DNA of 62,186 nucleotides, the filler included, from Sphacelaria rigidula (lineage: Eukaryota): NCBI GenBank assembly GCA_964200075.2. It is 8 parts of 8 records of this genome, joined end to end, with 100 filler letters (N's around TTAATTAATTAA, not from the genome) between each part and the next. Parts side by side here need not be neighbours in the genome. Positions count along the whole stretch, not along the records: positions 54,502 to 62,186 come from CAXNAA020013798.1; 7 more parts are not named here. The stretch is one strand, 5' to 3'. The notes below the pieces were generated by a model. The model did no database searches. It saw nothing but the letters and a program-made list of their open reading frames with translations, and was not told the origin of the DNA. A program made the position numbers and the translations under genes. This document shows positions 59,612 through 62,186 of this stretch, in pieces (positions within the stretch are counted from its first letter, which is position 1; each line of letters begins with the position of its first letter).

Positions 59612-62186
59612 TTAAATATCGATTGACGGCGCCCTCTTCTCCAATCCTCGACGCAAAGAGCTGCCGCTTGAGCAGCAGGGGTAAACCGCGGTTCCATGTG
59701 TGGTCTTTTTTATTTCTGTGTAAAAGTGTGCTTGTCCTGCTCACTTCGCTGTGAGGGGTGGAGATGAAGCTTTCGCAAACTTTTGGAATAAAATCCCACC
59801 CCAACCACGCATGCCACGGCTTTTACAGGAAAAGCTGTGCGTGACGATCACGCATGTACTACATACTGCTGTACTGTATTGTTGTTCGAAGAGAGTATAT
59901 ACATGCATATATGTAGACATATATACCTTCATAGTCAAGCGCTCAGCGTGCTTCATTGAGCATCCGTGCGCTCTCAGCGCCCTGGAGCTGTTTCTCTGCG
60001 AGTTCTCCGCCTCTCGGCCTCGTTTCGCCGCGAGGCTTGCGCGCAGCGATAGCCCTCAGTCGCGAGGGCCTTGCCCGCGTGCGGATTGCCCTCGCCGCGG
60101 CCGTCACGCAGTGCTAGCGAGGTGGCAACGTCGCGTCTCCGCGATCTCCAACACGCGCCCGCATCGAAGCCCTGTTTCTTTACAACGACCAGTCAGTCTG
60201 TTGAGGTCCTCCTACAGTCCCGCGGCCACGCTCTTCCTCTTGTCTCTTTCTGGTTCTCGACCGTCATGACTACCGCGTGACAGCGTGCGTCCATCATCGC
60301 AACACCGGTCGCACGAGTCGTATTACTACGCTACTCTGCTGTCGGTCGTTGCTTGCTTCCAGGGTTTTATTTTGTTTCGTTTTTTTTGGCCGGGGGAGAT
60401 GCGGCGAAAATGAGGCATTTCTCTGTTTTTCGTCCCGCCGTCTCCGTATCTGACTACTTTGGTTCAGAGGACCCAACCTAAGAATAGTGTTAGGTTATAG
60501 AGGAGAATAGAGGAGTGGTGTGTATATTGGGTCAGGCCACTATGTAGTAGTAGCAAGTGGCCTACGTCAGTCTTCCGCCAAAAAAAAAAAGAAAGTCAAC
60601 TGCCAAGATTCCCGCATACAAAAATCATACGCGCCTCATGTATCTTTCGACGGTTCAACAGGGTTTAGAACTGTATTTTCAGTACAAATCAAGGGTTACT
60701 TTACTTGTGGATTTCTCCGCCGTGTCTGTTCTATCAAGCCTGAAACTTGGCGCAGAGGTAGACCACAACACAGGCAGCATATTCCCGGAGCGGCGACACG
60801 TTTTACGTGGTGCGCTAGACGCACGAAGCAAAATACGGATTTTGGGCAATGCCATCGATACGCCCTCGAAACGCAGTCCCCTCGCTCGGCCCAGACTGCG
60901 TGAGACGTTAGTGGATGCATATGTTGACACGCAGATACGCTCACTTCCTGCTGGGTAGCTCCTGTCCCGGCAAACGAACACATCGATCCGTATTGCGCAC
61001 ACTCTGGATGATGTCATTCTACGCGATACCTATCTTGGTATCGCCTGTAGAGGTGCTCATTTTGGGAGACACGGCCGTGCAAGCGCTGTTAGTGCTTTCA
61101 CGTGCTGAAACTTCGACCACATGTCACGTAGACTACAGACAACAACCCCGTCTTGCTGAATCTGGGGTTGCGCGGTGTGTGCGTGCGTATTGGGGTTAAA
61201 AGATGTCGGATTCTGTTCCAATTTTCATTCTTCTTTTTTTGCGTAAGACTGACGTTGTCATACAGTAGCAACGTTTACAACAATAAAATAATAAATCAAT
61301 GCCAGCTTCGACGAGCGGAACAAAGTCTCCATTTTGCATCAAGACCACCTACAACACGCTAAATTGCGAATACTACTACACCACTTGACATCGCATGCAG
61401 CCTACGAGCGAAGCGGCGGGCCGCCGCGAAGCGCCTTTCTACAGATGTATCCTGATAATGAGATGGCGAGGCCGTTAGCCGCGACTTATGCACGAATTTT
61501 GTATTGCGCAGAGTATACGCGTGTGGCAACGGCCTCTTCATGTGGGCGTTGTCTGCACAAAAAAAGCGGACCAATGGAAAATTGAGCGCTGGAGGAGTAG
61601 ATGTTTTTCTGCGTGGTGTTGAATTAGGTTCCCTTGTTCGTTGTCATAACTTTGAACTGACGCTTGGACTGCGACTTCTCCCCAAATCGCCCCAGGTCGC
61701 CCATGTATGGGACATGTGAGGCTCCGAACCATCCTTTCTTCAAAATGAAACGTTTAGTTGCATCAAGAGTTGGATATCGAGCATCCACGGGCGATATTCG
61801 TGCAGGGGAACTCCGACCGGTTTTGGAAGCCCAGTCCGGAGAATAATTACCGGTGGTTCACCGTATATGATTGGGCCTTCGCTGTAAGTGGTCCAATCCC
61901 GCTCCCCTTACTGCCGCGATATGAACATACTCTCTAGCTATGCTTTGTCGATGAGCTGCATATCACAACTGTTTCAACTTCACAACTTTGTCGTACCACA
62001 AGACCATTTTGTATGGCAACAAATCCGTATTTGTAAGAGTATGAGCATTTCAGCCGGTTCACAGACGATTTTCTCTCGCAGATTGATTTTTCGGACACTA
62101 GTCCGTCGGGGAATGTTTCATGCGTCGGACGAGCACGAGTGTCACTCGTGGCACTCGTGCTCGTTGGGCTGCTCGTTGACCGAACA

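Noticed and set aside
59930-62186. Coding-like GC-rich stretches at the window end (also 55990-56390)
   Set aside because: They have multiple stops and no identifiable motif, so they were left unannotated.

Overview
Eukaryotic, repeat-dense DNA, most likely from a brown alga (Phaeophyceae). That assignment is an inference from roughly even GC/AT content, short exons in long introns, CA-rich acceptors, TTAGGG repeats and Ectocarpus-like retroelement proteins. The window is not one locus. It is eight contigs of near-identical length (7687, 7686 x4, 7685 x3 bp) joined by 100-bp N44-TTAATTAATTAA-N44 spacers, so nothing should be linked across those spacers. Content is mostly decayed and nested transposons: intron-containing hAT and Sola-like transposase pseudogenes, a mariner-like fragment, Copia and Gypsy remnants, LINE fragments, a tRNA-derived SINE and many MITEs. 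There are also orphan host exons, two of them absent from the ORF track: an SMCHD1-like GHKL ATPase exon and a UvrC/ERCC1-type (HhH)2 terminal exon. An RNase Z (ELAC2) exon and two sulfotransferase-like exons are also present. The most unusual signals are (i) nine retroelement 3' ends that share a ~55-nt motif and terminate in oligo(C) rather than poly(A), with almost no 3' UTR, and (ii) a young MITE with perfect 37-bp TIRs that carries TTAGGG telomeric repeats. No CRISPR, rRNA or bona fide tRNA genes were seen. All family assignments come from motif recognition by eye; no database searches were run.
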